A stretch of 64,000 bases of DNA, taken from Glaucostegus cemiculus (Eukaryota). This document shows, one piece after another, positions 13,421-26,800 of this stretch (position 1 is the first letter of the stretch; each line of letters begins with the position of its first letter). A program made the position numbers and the translations under genes. The notes under the pieces are model-generated. The model worked only from the letters and a program-made list of their open reading frames with translations, made no database searches and was not told the DNA's origin. The stretch lies in assembly GCA_976551045.1 (NCBI GenBank), contig CDPCPM010000045.1, forward strand, positions 15,066,001 to 15,130,000, read 5' to 3'.

Positions 13421-14656
13421 TATTTTGCATTCAGTGTTCTTTTTGAAATGCTGCACGGGAAATTGAATCTTGTTTCAGGAGTGACTGCAAATCCGCAATC
13501 AGTGGTCACTCCTGGAACAACGTGCTTTATTAACGTTAAACTGGAAGGAACTCACAACACCATGACGGTACCTTTACAAGTAGAACTGCAGCAGTTCAAG
13601 GTGGCAGCTCACCATCATCTTCTCAATGTCAACTAAGACTGAGCAACAAATTCTAATAAAAATAAATAGTCTGTCAATCTACTTTTGTATTCAGATCTGA
13701 ACTCGCACAGAAACAAACCTTACCCCCTCATTAACTATCCAGGCTTTTACCTCCAGCTCCAGACTCCTGATTCCTGATCCCAGCCCAGCCTACAATCTCA
13801 ATCATAACCTCACAGAGAACGAGAACCCCTATACCCCATGCCTGGAAGCTGTACCAACACCTTGTCTCTCAGATGTTGATCCCCCTTCTGAGGCTTATTT
13901 ATTAAAAATAAATAAAATCCCAACAATAGGACCATGACAAAAAAAACATGGTACACCCATCACATTACCTTTTTTGTATGCTATTTTAACAGCATTTTAC
14001 AATATCTAATAGTTACTTCCCTAACCTTTAAAACCTTGTGTTAATCACTCAAAGTTTCTCAAATGGTTCCAGACATTTATTTCACATTCAGTAGGGACTA
14101 TGTGATTACTAGAGGACAATTACTAGAGGAAGAAAAGGAAATGATCAAGAGATGACTTACAGGGTTCTAAGTTTGTGAAAGGTTTGATACTTTGGATGTC
14201 AAGGAGTCTTCATGTTGGCAGCAAAAGTAGTATGGGCCATAAAGTTAGTTACTCACAAATCAGATCACAATTTAGGAGAATTCCTTACCTAGAGGGTGAT
14301 TGGATCTTGCCACAACTCCAAATGCTTGGGATAAACATGGATAAATGCAAGGAGATAACAGCACAAGAGGGAAAAGGGTTGAAGATTTGTGGGCAGGGTT
14401 GGATGGAGAGGTGGGAAGAAGCTGATGTGAAGTGTAAGCTGAACCTTGTTGGGATGAATTGCTTATTTCTTCACTATAGATTCTTTTTAGTGCTTGATAA
14501 TCAGATAATTAAAGAAAGGCGATTTCTCATACACATGTTGGTATCAAATATGTGACTGATGAACTCTCTCAGAAGTCCTGCAGGAAAAACTCACAGCGAA
14601 AAGTTAGAATTTGAACTGTTGACTTACCCTGGTCTTCTTCTCTCCCTCTCTTTCAG

Positions 14657-14812
14657 TTGGGCTTCATATAGGACGCTACTGCGGCCAGGTGGCTCCTGAA
14701 CGTATTCAGTCCATCACAGGCATTCTGTCACTAACGCTGCACACAGACACTGCAATCGCCAGGGATGGCTTCTCTGCAAACTATTCCATTGTCCAGAAGA
14801 ACTTATCAGAAA
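14657..14812 (+). CDS. NRP1: NRP1 exon 5-equivalent (CUB a2 C-terminal half)
   Basis: ctctctttcag|TT GGG...GAA A|gtgagt; [51 protein letters not shown]; 156 bp. Not visible in the ORF track. Confidence 0.95.
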
Positions 14813-17800
14813 GTGAGTAGAAACTGAGTGACTGTCATGGTTTGGTATGGATGGGTTTCTTTGTTCACTGAAGATATCAAGCACATTGACATACTGAGTA
14901 GAATGATATGGAGCACATGCTACTCTAATGTTTATCCTGGAAAATGTGGATTCACTCATGTTCAACAGCATTCCTTACAGACCCAAGTTAGTCAAATGTT
15001 GCCAGCAGCAAGGCAAAATAAAAAGCAATCCTATTCAATGACATCTTGCTTTCATATAATGCCCCAATGTGTTTTACAAGAGAATAATCATCCAAAATTT
15101 GATGGAGACATTGAAGGAGATATCATTAACTGGAATATAGTGTAAAAGGTATAGATGGTACAATGTTCCAAAACAGTAGTTTAGAAAACTCCTTTAGCTA
15201 TAATGAAGCAAACATAATAATATCAAGGGAGGCAATCTGAATATAGTTCGAGAGAATGAGGCTGGACTAGTGGAAGGAATATCAGTGGAGAGGATTTTTG
15301 TGGCAGTGATCATGATGCAGTTTGATTAGTAGAGTCATGAGAAAAGATAAAGGCAGAACAGGAATAAAGGTTTGAAAGCCAGTTTTACTGCACTGAGGCC
15401 ATTTGAGTAAAAGCAAACTGGAAACAGCTACTTGTAGATAAATCAATCTGGGAGCAATTGGAAGCATTTAAGAAGGAGATTCAAAGGGCTCAGAAGAAGA
15501 ATATTTGCACATAAAGGGTAGCAATGAATCCCAAATCCCTCCCACGTCCCACCATATGACAAGGTCCATAGAAAGTAGGTTAAGGTAAAAGAAAGCATAT
15601 GTCAGACTAAATTCAGCAGAAAGCCTGGAAGAGGATAGAAAATGTAGAACTAAACACAAAAAGGGAAATTAAGAAAGCAAAGAAAAGATATAAAAATATT
15701 GGCAGTAATTTTTTTTAAAGTCCCTTTTTTTAAAAGATTAAGAGGATAACTAAGGAAAGAGTCCAACCTTTTAGGGTCCAAATAGATGTGGGGATAGGTA
15801 ATATGGATAAGTTCTAAATTAATATTTCATGACAGTCTTCATACAGAATTGAGATGATGCCAATCTTGCAGCCATTGTGAAATATTGGGTGGGAGAAATT
15901 AAAACAGGAAATCAGGGGTTTATCATCTCTGAAAAACAATCAGTTCTCAGGCCCAGATGAAATACATTCCATCTTATTACAGGCCCTCCCCAGGTTACGA
16001 ATGCCCAACTTCTGGACACCCTGTACATACAGACGAGCACTCGGGAAACTGGTGGGATGGATGGGGGTGGATTTCCCATCCATCCCCATCTAGCCACAGG
16101 CATCTTCCGCTGGGTGGGAACAGGGCATTTCCACACGCCTTCTCTTCCCCCACACACACCCTCCCCCCAACCCCCGAGCCAGAACAACTGGTGGGGGGGG
16201 GTGCTGGATAAAGCCAAGCAGAGCTGAGAGAGCTGAGCAGACTCACTCACTCCCTCAGTGATGCTGGCTGGCGGCTGCTCTTCCCACGTCTTCTCGCTCT
16301 CCCGTCACAGCCGTTTCTGTAGTCCTCTTGCACACATTGTTTTTTTTGTTTCCAACTTACAAACATTTTGGGGAATGAACAGTTCTTAAGAACAGAACCC
16401 TGTTGTATAGAGAGTAAGGTAGAAAATTGCAGAGGCTCTGACTTCAAATTATCAATCCTCCCTGGAGAGGGTTCAGTCAAGGAGAGGACGGTGGTGTCAG
16501 GGAGAATGATTGATGGTGGAGAGGGTTCAAAGTCAAAGTCAAGTTTATTGTCATATGTACAAGTACATGTACGCACAGGTGCAATGAAAATCCTACTTGT
16601 AACAGTACCACAGGCACATAGCATCAGAGACACAACATTCACAACAAGAATGTAAATTAAATAAATTATAGAAAATTATACAAGGAAGAACAGAATTAGA
16701 ATGAAAAAAATGAAGTCCATTGTAAAGTAAAGTTCACTACAATTGTAGTTCAGTCAGGGAGAGGATGGCATTGGAGATGTGATTGGAACTGTGGTACAGG
16801 CGATTTGGGGTGATGGATTGGTTGAGGAGTGATTAGGTGTGTTGAGGAGATGATGAGTGATTTGGGAGAGGATTGGGTTGGGCTTAAGGACATTGGTAAC
16901 AAGGGGTATATGTAATTGGTCATTAACGAACAGGAGCACTTCTAGGAACATGGATGCCTCCAGACTCCCTGGCAACATCTCAGGTGAGGTTGGGACTTGC
17001 AACAAAGCAAAAAGCAAACACATCCAGGAAAGTGTGTGGGTGTGAAATACAAGATTAAACTTAGCTGTGACACTGCCCTTAATACACCAGTTGTCAGCTA
17101 TTGTGGAGCAAGAGAGTAGCTGAGGAAATGGAAGAAAATAAAAATGAAGAATAACTAAAATGATAAATTCCAGTTTGATCAAGCTTGACCTGTCTCTGTG
17201 GCAATGTACGTTTGTACATTGTAAGCAATATGCTGGAGGTAATGCAAGTTTTTATAATAACTGTTTTTAGATGTTATCATATTTGATTTTGAATTAAATC
17301 ACCTTTCTCGATTTTCTGTACTACTGGGGATGGAATACTAATGTATTGAGGTGAAGAGTTTTATTGCTGATTTCTTAACTCAATTTAAATTTGGATGGTA
17401 AAAATTGAGTGTTGTATTGTGGGGAAGTTGAACACACCCCACGACCACCTCCCTGTGCTAGGCAGCAGAACCCCATAATGGGCCTGGGACAACATTTTCT
17501 TATGCCTGGTGTACATTGTATAAGTGTCGCTGATAAAAAGGGAGCTTTCATTTATAGTATATCTCATTACATCCAGGAGATATACAAAGAGAGTCAGAAG
17601 CAACAAATTAATTTCTAAAGGAAGTATCCAGTCATTGTTGGAAAGCAGGGCAATTAATTAGCAGGAAGCAAGCTTTCACTACGAGTGAATGTGATGAATG
17701 GGTAGTTTTTCTGCTTTCGGTGATATACATTGAGAGAGAAATGGTAGTTTGCTTTTGCTTCCTGCAATGGAGTTTTTTTTTATATCTATCTCAACGGGAC

Positions 17801-20800
17801 TTGTTAGATGTCTCATCTGAAGGATGACAACCTCCAGCAATGTAGCATTGTCTTGTAGAACACCTTGGGATATTTTGCCTTTATATTAGTGCTTTAAGTG
17901 CAAGTTTTTATTGATTTTTAATGGAAGTGTTCAATAGGAAGCAGGGTTCATTTGAACATTAGTGTAAGTGTCCATTTTTCCTGCCTTTGTCATGATGCTC
18001 TCCATCTAGAGTTCCAGAAACGATTGACAAAAAGCCTCTTAATGTAGGCCAGATCCAAATAGGAGAGAGATTCAAAGAGGAAATTTCAGGCAGAACATAT
18101 GAAGTTTCAGATTCTGACAGCATTAATTATGACTTTTATTGAACAAAAATTATAGTGAAAGCCAGAACCAAGAAGGACTGCTTCTCTTCTGACCGCCAGC
18201 AACATAATGGATCATGTCGAGGTGACAGAAATGGTGCAAATTGTATAAACAGCCATCTCTGATGTCTAAACGTCTGACAAGAAGGCTTTTTGAAATTACA
18301 TATGGTTAGGCGTGACAGTTTAAATATGTACCTGAGGCTGTGTCATTCTCAATACTGTTAGAAGGTTAATATTACAGCACCATGTGGAGGATTTTAACAT
18401 TTATCCTTTAATTCTTCCCATTTGATATTGTTGGTGCTCCTCTGATCAGAACAAAGAGCATTGCTGACCATTTTACCAAATGTGGCTACTGAGCACTATG
18501 ACTGCCATCTGTTTCTGCCATTTTACCATCCGCCATAAAACTCAGTAACTTGGAAGGATGCTTGGCAAGAATTGGTGACAATTGTTAATAAATCAATAAA
18601 GAATGATTCTGTGAAATAATGTTAAAAGATTGGAAGATGAAAACCTTACATTACTGCTGGCAACCTGGTGTGTGTGGTTCACCTTTTAAAGCCTTTTCTG
18701 AGGAGATGCTGTCAGTTGCAGAGATAAACTAAGAAATGCCAAAAACCTCTGAACAAAGATAGATTTGAGATGTGCACAAAGGAAAGAACATTTCTTTTTA
18801 TACAATACTTTAGAAATTCTCCAGAACTGTTAAATACATTGTGCAGCCTGAGACTGAATGGTTTGCGGTTAATCTCCAGGGGATGTATTGACTGATCTCA
18901 GCTGGGTCAATAGTAGCTGTAGAATTATTGATACTTAAAAATGTTACAGGAGGCCATTCAGTCCATTGTATTTGAAGCTGAGGAAGGCCTGCCCAGTATA
19001 CTAGCAACTGTCAATTTTCATCTGCAGTCCTATGTCAACACATATTTTTTTAATGCTGAAAGATTTCTGCCTCTAAATTTGTTTCAGGCAGTAAGTTCCA
19101 GACCCACAAAACCCGTTCAATGAAAAATAAAACTCCTCAGTCCCTCGCTAATCTTTCTACCATTTATTTTAAAATCTATGATCCCATTTATTGAACTCTC
19201 AGCTACAGGAAATGGATACTTCCAGTGCATTCTTGGCCACAGTTTTATGCACTTCAATCAAATCTCTCCTTGGTCTCCCATGCCAACAAGTATCCAACAT
19301 CTCTTCAGAATCAATGTTCTACAGACCTGCGAATATCCTTGTAAAGTCTGTACCCTCTCTGGTTTGTCACATCCTTCCAGTAATGTGGTGGCCAGAACTG
19401 TAAGCAGTACTTGGCTCTGGTCTAACTAGTGTCTTTTTGTTCCATCATGTCCTTTCTGCTCATATAGTCTGTGCCCCAGCTTATAAAGAAAAGCACCCCT
19501 AAAGCCTACTCAACCCCATTGGTCTACAATTGACTTTTATACCCTAAAGTCAGATGGCAAAAGCCATACAAGGTTCCTGCTCTTGCTTGCTGTCCAGTGT
19601 TCCCTCAACAATATCTAGGCAGTGCTGTTAACATAAAACGTTCAATCTACACAGGATTGACACAAACCAAAGAAGGAGACATTAGGAGAGGTGGTGGAGA
19701 GTCTTATGGAAAGTTTCAATAGAGAAGAGGCACAGACAGCTGAAGGCGTGGTTGCCAATCACAGGTAGTCGAGGGATTCACAACACAGAAAAGATGAAGT
19801 TTATGGAGGGCAGAAGAAGAAAGCTCTCCCTTCCTGGGAGTATATGCCTGGTAATGTTGGATGCAAACAAATTCCTCATGAACAAACAATCAACCAACAC
19901 ACATTCAAAAGGGATTTCCTTGGAATCGCACTCACTCAATTGGCACTACCTTGCTGGAAGCACTGAGGACACATCCATGAGGTTATCAGTGTCCTCCCAG
20001 TGAAATGATCCCAGCAGACGAGAGCAGCCCCAGGAGTTTTATGGCTATTAACCAAAGCCATATATGAATACTTGGGCCATGGGTACTGCCGACAATACTG
20101 TGCTCCAGCATTGAGGAGGAGAGAAGAAGCCGAGAAGGGACAGAGAAGGTTGAAATGTTAACTGAATTCAAATTATATTTCACATTTGCCCTCACATGTC
20201 CCACCAGCCTACACATCCAACGCATCATTTTCCACCACTTCCGCCATCTCCAACCGGACCCCATCACCAAGCATATCTTCCCCTCCCCACCCCTTTCTGC
20301 CTTTTGCAGGGACCGCTCTCTCCTTAACTCCCTAGCTCACTCCTCCCTCCCCACCCATCTCGCTCCCACCCCAGGGACTTTGCACTGCCCCCACCAGAAG
20401 TGCAACACCTGTCCCTACAACCACCTCCATCCAGGGACCCAAACAGTCCTTTCAGGTGAGACAGAAATTTACCTGCACCTCCCTTAATATCATCTACTGC
20501 ATTCGGTGCCCAAGTGTGGCCTCCTCTACAATGGTGAGACCAAACACAGACTAGGTGACCATTTCGCAGAACACCTGCGCTCTGTCCATAACTGCGATCT
20601 GCATCTCCCCATTGCCAGTCACTTCACCTCCCCCCCCTCACTATCACTGATATGTCAGTCCTCGGCCTCCTCCACTGCCAGGAGAAGTCCAAGCGCAAAC
20701 TGGAGGAACAGCTCCTCATTTTCTGTCTTGGAACCTTGCAGCCTAACGGCATGAAAATTGAATTCTCCCACTTTAAGCAACCCCCACAACACCCCCCCCA

Positions 20801-23800
20801 TACCACACCCCAACTATGCCTCTTCTTTTCATCCCTTTCCTAGCCTCTCTCTCTTTTGTCTAACCCCCCCCCCCCACTTTTCCTCCTTACCTTTGACCCA
20901 TCCCCTGGTGGATCTGCTCTCCCCTCCTTCCCCGCACTGCCTTTCACTATCTCTTACCTGCATCGACCTATCACCACCTTATGCCCACCCCACCTCCCCT
21001 CTTTTGTCCACCTATCACTGTTCTGCTTTTTCCCTCCTATACATTGGGCTTCTCTTTTTCCTATCGTCAGTCCTGAAGAACGGTCTTGACCTGAAACGTT
21101 GACCGCCTGCTTTTCTCAACGGATGCTGCCTGGCCTGCTGAGTTCCTCCAGCATCACAGTGTTTTTCATCTAGATTCCAGCATCTGCAGTCCTTTGTTCC
21201 TCTTATACTTCAGAATTTTTTACAGCAAATTTAAATATAATACTAATACAAAAAAGGAAAATAATCAGTTTCAGAGGTACAATTGTGCAAAGCATCTGCT
21301 TCGTCTATTAGTCACAGCAATAAGAAGAGCTTATATTTGTGTGTTATCTGTTTTTATGTCCAGATATTCACTGTAATGAATCACTTGGCATGGAATCCGG
21401 CAAGATTCACGCAGATCAAATTTTGAGTTCCAGCAATTACAATTTATACTGGTCCTCGGAAAGATCGAGACTAAATTACCCAGAAAACGCATGGACACCG
21501 GCAGAAGACTCCAACAAAGAATGGATACAGGTAAACACAATCACGAGATTTCCCTTGGCTCAGAAAGTCATTAGTAAAGCAAGGTCTCTGTCCCTGCCGT
21601 CATTTGAGAGGCTTGTAGCCGAGGAGAATTTCCAGCTTTGAACTGCAAAAGAAAATGTCTCTAATCCAAACATCAAAGAAGATTTCTGACCATGTAATTT
21701 TTTTTTACAATTACAGTCACAAAACTGAGACCAATGAAAAATGCCATGTAACATGCTGTCATCAGTTCCATCATCTTTCTGTCTGTTTTAACCAGCAGAA
21801 TTTGTGTCTGTCATGCTGAGAAATCAGTGCTGGGGATGGGTAACCCAGAATTAACAACAGGTTACCCCCACCCCTCAGCTACCGGAAGAACCCTTTGACA
21901 CCAATGATATCTGTACATACTCTGCTCCAACTGTGTGACATCTTCCACATCACTGCTGGGGAAATGTTGCTCTGCAGTGACAGTGCATGTGTACAGGCAA
22001 GGAGTACGTTTGTGGGTTCATAACGCACTGCAGTCAGTGTAATTTTGTGGAGGTGCTGACAAATCATCATATTCACCCCAGTTCCATTGACCTTAATTCT
22101 ACTATTTTGTTTTCAGTTGGTAAAGGGAAGATTTTGAATCTGTAACTATGAAATTGTCTTGAATTTAGAAAAATAACAGTAGCCCATGTGGATTTTAAAA
22201 ATGCCAGATGTGCTTAGCAAATACCATAAGAATTTGTTCTGGAGTTGTAAAAACAGGCATGGTAGAAGGGAGAAACTGATTGATTTATAAGGAGAACATT
22301 GGAAAAGGTTAAGGGATAGAGGGGACAATTCTCAAAATTGAAAATAGGGAAAAACAGATTGTTTCCAGGGATAGAAATTGAAGGAGAAATGTCTTTGTTT
22401 AGAATCAGAATGAATAGATGGATAGGCCATTAATAGAAAGACAGATGAAGGAAAATGGAGACAGATTTGGTAACTAGGATTTACTGATTTACTGGATGAT
22501 AAACTTAAGTATGAACTAGTTAAGCTGATTGAGCTGTTTCCTCATCGTTACTTGGTGAAAGATTACACTGGTTGTAGGGTAGTACCAATTTGATCTATTG
22601 GATAATTGGATACCTTTGCATCTTTACACATGCAATCCACATAGAAAGAGAGTGAAAGAAATTGTTCTTGCTAAGCAACATTTGAGTGACGCAGGACAGT
22701 AAACAGTTGCAGCAGTGAGGTTAAGACCTGAGGTGAGGCTGACAAGATTTATTGCTGAGATTTGAATGCGATTATAAATAACGGAAGCCACTGTTATAAC
22801 ATGAAAGATTAAAAGTTAGGGATTTTTCCAAAGTAATTTGGGTAGTGAAGTGTAATTCAAAAGATGAAAGGATAAAACATGCCTTTGGAAAAGAAAATTA
22901 TTTCCATTGGGAATTGTCAGACAGAAAATGTTTAACATTTTACAGACAAATGCAAATGTGTTACTGGGAAGTCTGTTGGTGTCCATATCCTTGCTAGTCA
23001 CACTTCAGTACTTCAAAGCGCAGAATGAACAATATTCCAGAGGCCTCATCCCGAGCATTGACCGTGACTGTGACACATAGCCATGGGGACCCCTGAAGGA
23101 TGGTCTAAGCACAGCTAATGCCACTTTCCTAGAGTTTACAAGAGTCTCGACTAGTCAGCCAGGAGAGACCCCTTGGAAATCATTCCCAAAGATCTTTGAG
23201 TATTTTTATTGATAGAGATAGCAGCACACAATCATCATATCACTGTCTGTGGCTTGGTCTCAGGATTTAACATTTTAAAATTATAAATATAGTTGGAACA
23301 ATTGACGTCTTCCATTGCCTCCTGAATTCACTTCCATTTCCGAAGTGCCGGGGCAACAGGACCAGGCAGCTGTTGGCTGATCCTGGAATTCAGCCTGGTC
23401 AGAATCTTCCCACTGAAGTGACAGCAGGCTTTTAAATCATTTTGCAACAGCTTTAGAGTCATAAATCCTGCAATTATAAAGTGTGCACAGGCAGGCCATT
23501 TAAAAAAAAAATCAAGTCAACTAATTTCACAGGATAAAATAGATGCATATCCAGCTCAAAGAACAAAGAACCACAATGCTTCTAATGTAATAGCAGGCCT
23601 AATCCCCAGAACCAATCAGCTGTCAGGGTAAGAGGTCCCACATCTGTTTTTAGTCTAAAGTCTAATTCTGCTTTTTGTATTGACTTTATAATTTAAAGCT
23701 CCATTATTATTAATCTTATAGTAGAGGCCCAAGGAAGGATAGACATGAAATTCATTACTGAATTATGCTATATTGATTCTGATTAAAGGCCATTCTTGAA

Positions 23801-26800
23801 ATGCCAGAGGATTAGCATTTCTTCGCTGTCAGTTGTTTATGCTGCATCTTGTAAAAAAATACTTTCTTAAATTTGTTATGTTCTTCTCAGCTCTTCTCAT
23901 GGTTTTGTTCAAACCATGTGGCTTTGGAACTGCATTTTTCCACCTGGAGCCAAACTGATTTGAAGGAAAATCAACTTCTCGACAAAAAAAGTGTTTGCTA
24001 AACTCTAGAAATAAAAACACCCAGAAATGATTATAATGCTTGTATTTTTGAAAAATGAACTCTCAGTATTTGAATGTCAATGGCAAGACTTATATTGGTT
24101 ACCCATTGCCCTGAACTCAAGAAGATAGTCTCCCTTTCAAGTATGGTGGTCCATGCAGTGAAGGCTGCCAAGTGACAAGTGCCAGTACTTTGACTAAGTA
24201 ACAATCCAACAACACAAAACCCCTCTTTTGATACTTTTCCCTAGTCCATTAGCAACATTGCCTCTTCACAAGTAGAGTGTGCCTTAATATTGAAAAGATA
24301 GGATCGTGCCTATGGTTAAGGAACTGGACTAGAGGCCATCGTTCTTGAATATTGATCTGGAGATGTGAATTAGAACCCTCTCATGGCAAATGCAAAATTT
24401 AGAATTGAATAATTCGATAAATCTGGATACCTTTTAAGGCAAATTGCAGTAACTGTAACCATTACTTAATAAAGACATCCGAGTCACTGATTTCCTACAG
24501 GGTAAGAATTCTGCCATCTGATCCCAGTCTGTTCTATATGTGGCTCCGACGTGGTTCACCCTTAACTGCTTCCTCAGTTCGGAGGCAATTAGGGATGGAC
24601 AATAAATATTGGCATTGCCAGTTACATCCACATCTTGTGAATGAACATAATATAAAGCACATCCAAATCACTTCCTTTCATCCAAAACAACCTGAAAGAA
24701 TTCACTTTCCTTTCATCAGCCTGCCTGTATATCTGTATAGCTCCAAGTGGCAGCAACAAATGCAATCCCCTGTTTCAAGTAGTGCTTAGAAATGCATCTA
24801 TGTTGTATAGCTTCAAAGGGTGGTGGTTGTTGCTAGGTGAAAGATACTGATTGTGCATTGATCAGAAGGAACACGACCTTCGCTAATGGTGCAGGTAACA
24901 TTGTGAGATCAAAGTAGTATGAATCCGCTCCCTGCCATTTGCCCTAACTTGTTTTTGAATTTGGATGTCTCTACACATAGACAAATTGTGCTTTAATCTA
25001 AAAACTAATTAGAATATTATTTTTATTCATGATTTTTTAAAAATCCATACCTTTCATGAGCTCCAAGAGAACCATTAGAGTTCTCAGCAGGCCAAACCTG
25101 CCGTCTGCTGAACTCTTTATAAACTAGCTTACAAAAAGCTCCCAATTAACACATGACAGGGACCTAACAATTGTTTTAGGTGGCCAACTGAAACGCCTGC
25201 AAACCTGCCTCACAGGTACTGATTGGCTGAGGAGGTTTGTGCCCCCAAATTAGATCGTTTTTTGATTTATTTTGTTTATTATGGGTTCTTCTGTACTGTA
25301 CTGTAATGAGACTCATTCACTCACTCAGGCACGTAGCATCAATTAAACACAATTGTTCATTATGGAGTCGTAGAAAACTTACAACAGAAAAGGATTCAAT
25401 TCAGCTCATTGTGTCTTCTGTTCAAAAAATCCCATCCTCCACCACAGGTCCATAGCCCTGCTACCCGCTGCTCTACAAGTACACATTCAACTACTTTTTA
25501 AATGTAATGAAGATTTCTGCCTCAACCACCCCTTCAGACAATGTGTTCCCAGTCCTGCTATACTCCGTGTGAAAAGAATTTCCTTATTCCCCTATAATCC
25601 TTCTGCCAATTACTTTAATCTGTGGTCCCTGGCTTTTGCTTCCTCTGGGTCCTTCATAATTTTATACACCTCAATTCAATTTCCCCTCATCCTCCACTGC
25701 TCCAGTCTACCCAATTTTTCTTCATAACAAAAATGTTCAAGTCCTGACAACATCCTCATAAACCTACTCTGCACCCTATTCAATGTAACCACATCTTTCT
25801 TGTAATACGGTGAGCAGAACTGTACTCAGTACTCTAACAGTTTAATGTGGCAGTTAGAAGTTGTGAGCTAGGTACACAAAGCTATAATCATTAACCAGGT
25901 GGCATAACGACTAACATTGTGGTGACCCCATCATTCTTGACACAAGTCTATTGTAAACTTGTATGTTTACTTGCACTACAATGTATAACCATGTAAATCT
26001 GCTTACATGCGAGAACTTTTATACACAGTATCTCATTATTGTTTCCCTGTTCTCTGGAGACCCTTTCATGATATCCCTTTGCCCTATTTCTCTACTATAT
26101 TCTGGAACGTTCTGTAGATCTGCATCATGATGTACTGAATGACAGACTCTCTTGTCTGTTTGGACACTTCTGGTGAAACTTGCACACTCAAAACATTCAT
26201 TTGACGAACTTCTGAGCTCTCTGTTCTCCAATGTTTACTCGTCTTATCTGACTCTGGTACTTACTGTGTCAGCCTCATATTAGACTTTGTATTCCATGCA
26301 GCTACCAGACCTTGGTCGCAGCTCAGATTCAAAGTCAGAGTTTATTGTCATATGCACAAGTATGTGTATACACAAGTGCAATGAAAAACTTACTAGCAGC
26401 GGCATCACAGGCACATAGTATCAGATACACAATATTCACAAGAAAAACATAAATTAAACAACTATTTTATACTGATTAGTTATACTGCATTTGCTCCAGT
26501 TTAGCTGAATTTGGAGATTGCCCCCTTCCTTTCTGTCTCTCTAAACTTGATCGTCCAAAAGGACCTTACTGAGAAGTTCCATTCTGATCTCACAGAGGAT
26601 TACTCCATTTCGTATGATACACAGTAGCTTGTTTATCCCAGCTACAAAGTCCCAGGCTGAGGTTCCTGATAAGGATGTGTTGGCACCATTGGTTTTGATT
26701 CCAGGTAACACTGACTGAACATCCCCACATTATACCTCTCATTAAACAAACGTACGGTTTTTGAATGGTTTTCACACTATCAGTGCTGTTCCTATGGTCA

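Noticed and set aside
1-14656. NRP1 exon 4 or another gene in the first 14.6 kb
   Set aside because: No CUB-like exon recognised; the short ORFs here are repeat-derived or random, so exon 4 is probably upstream of the window.
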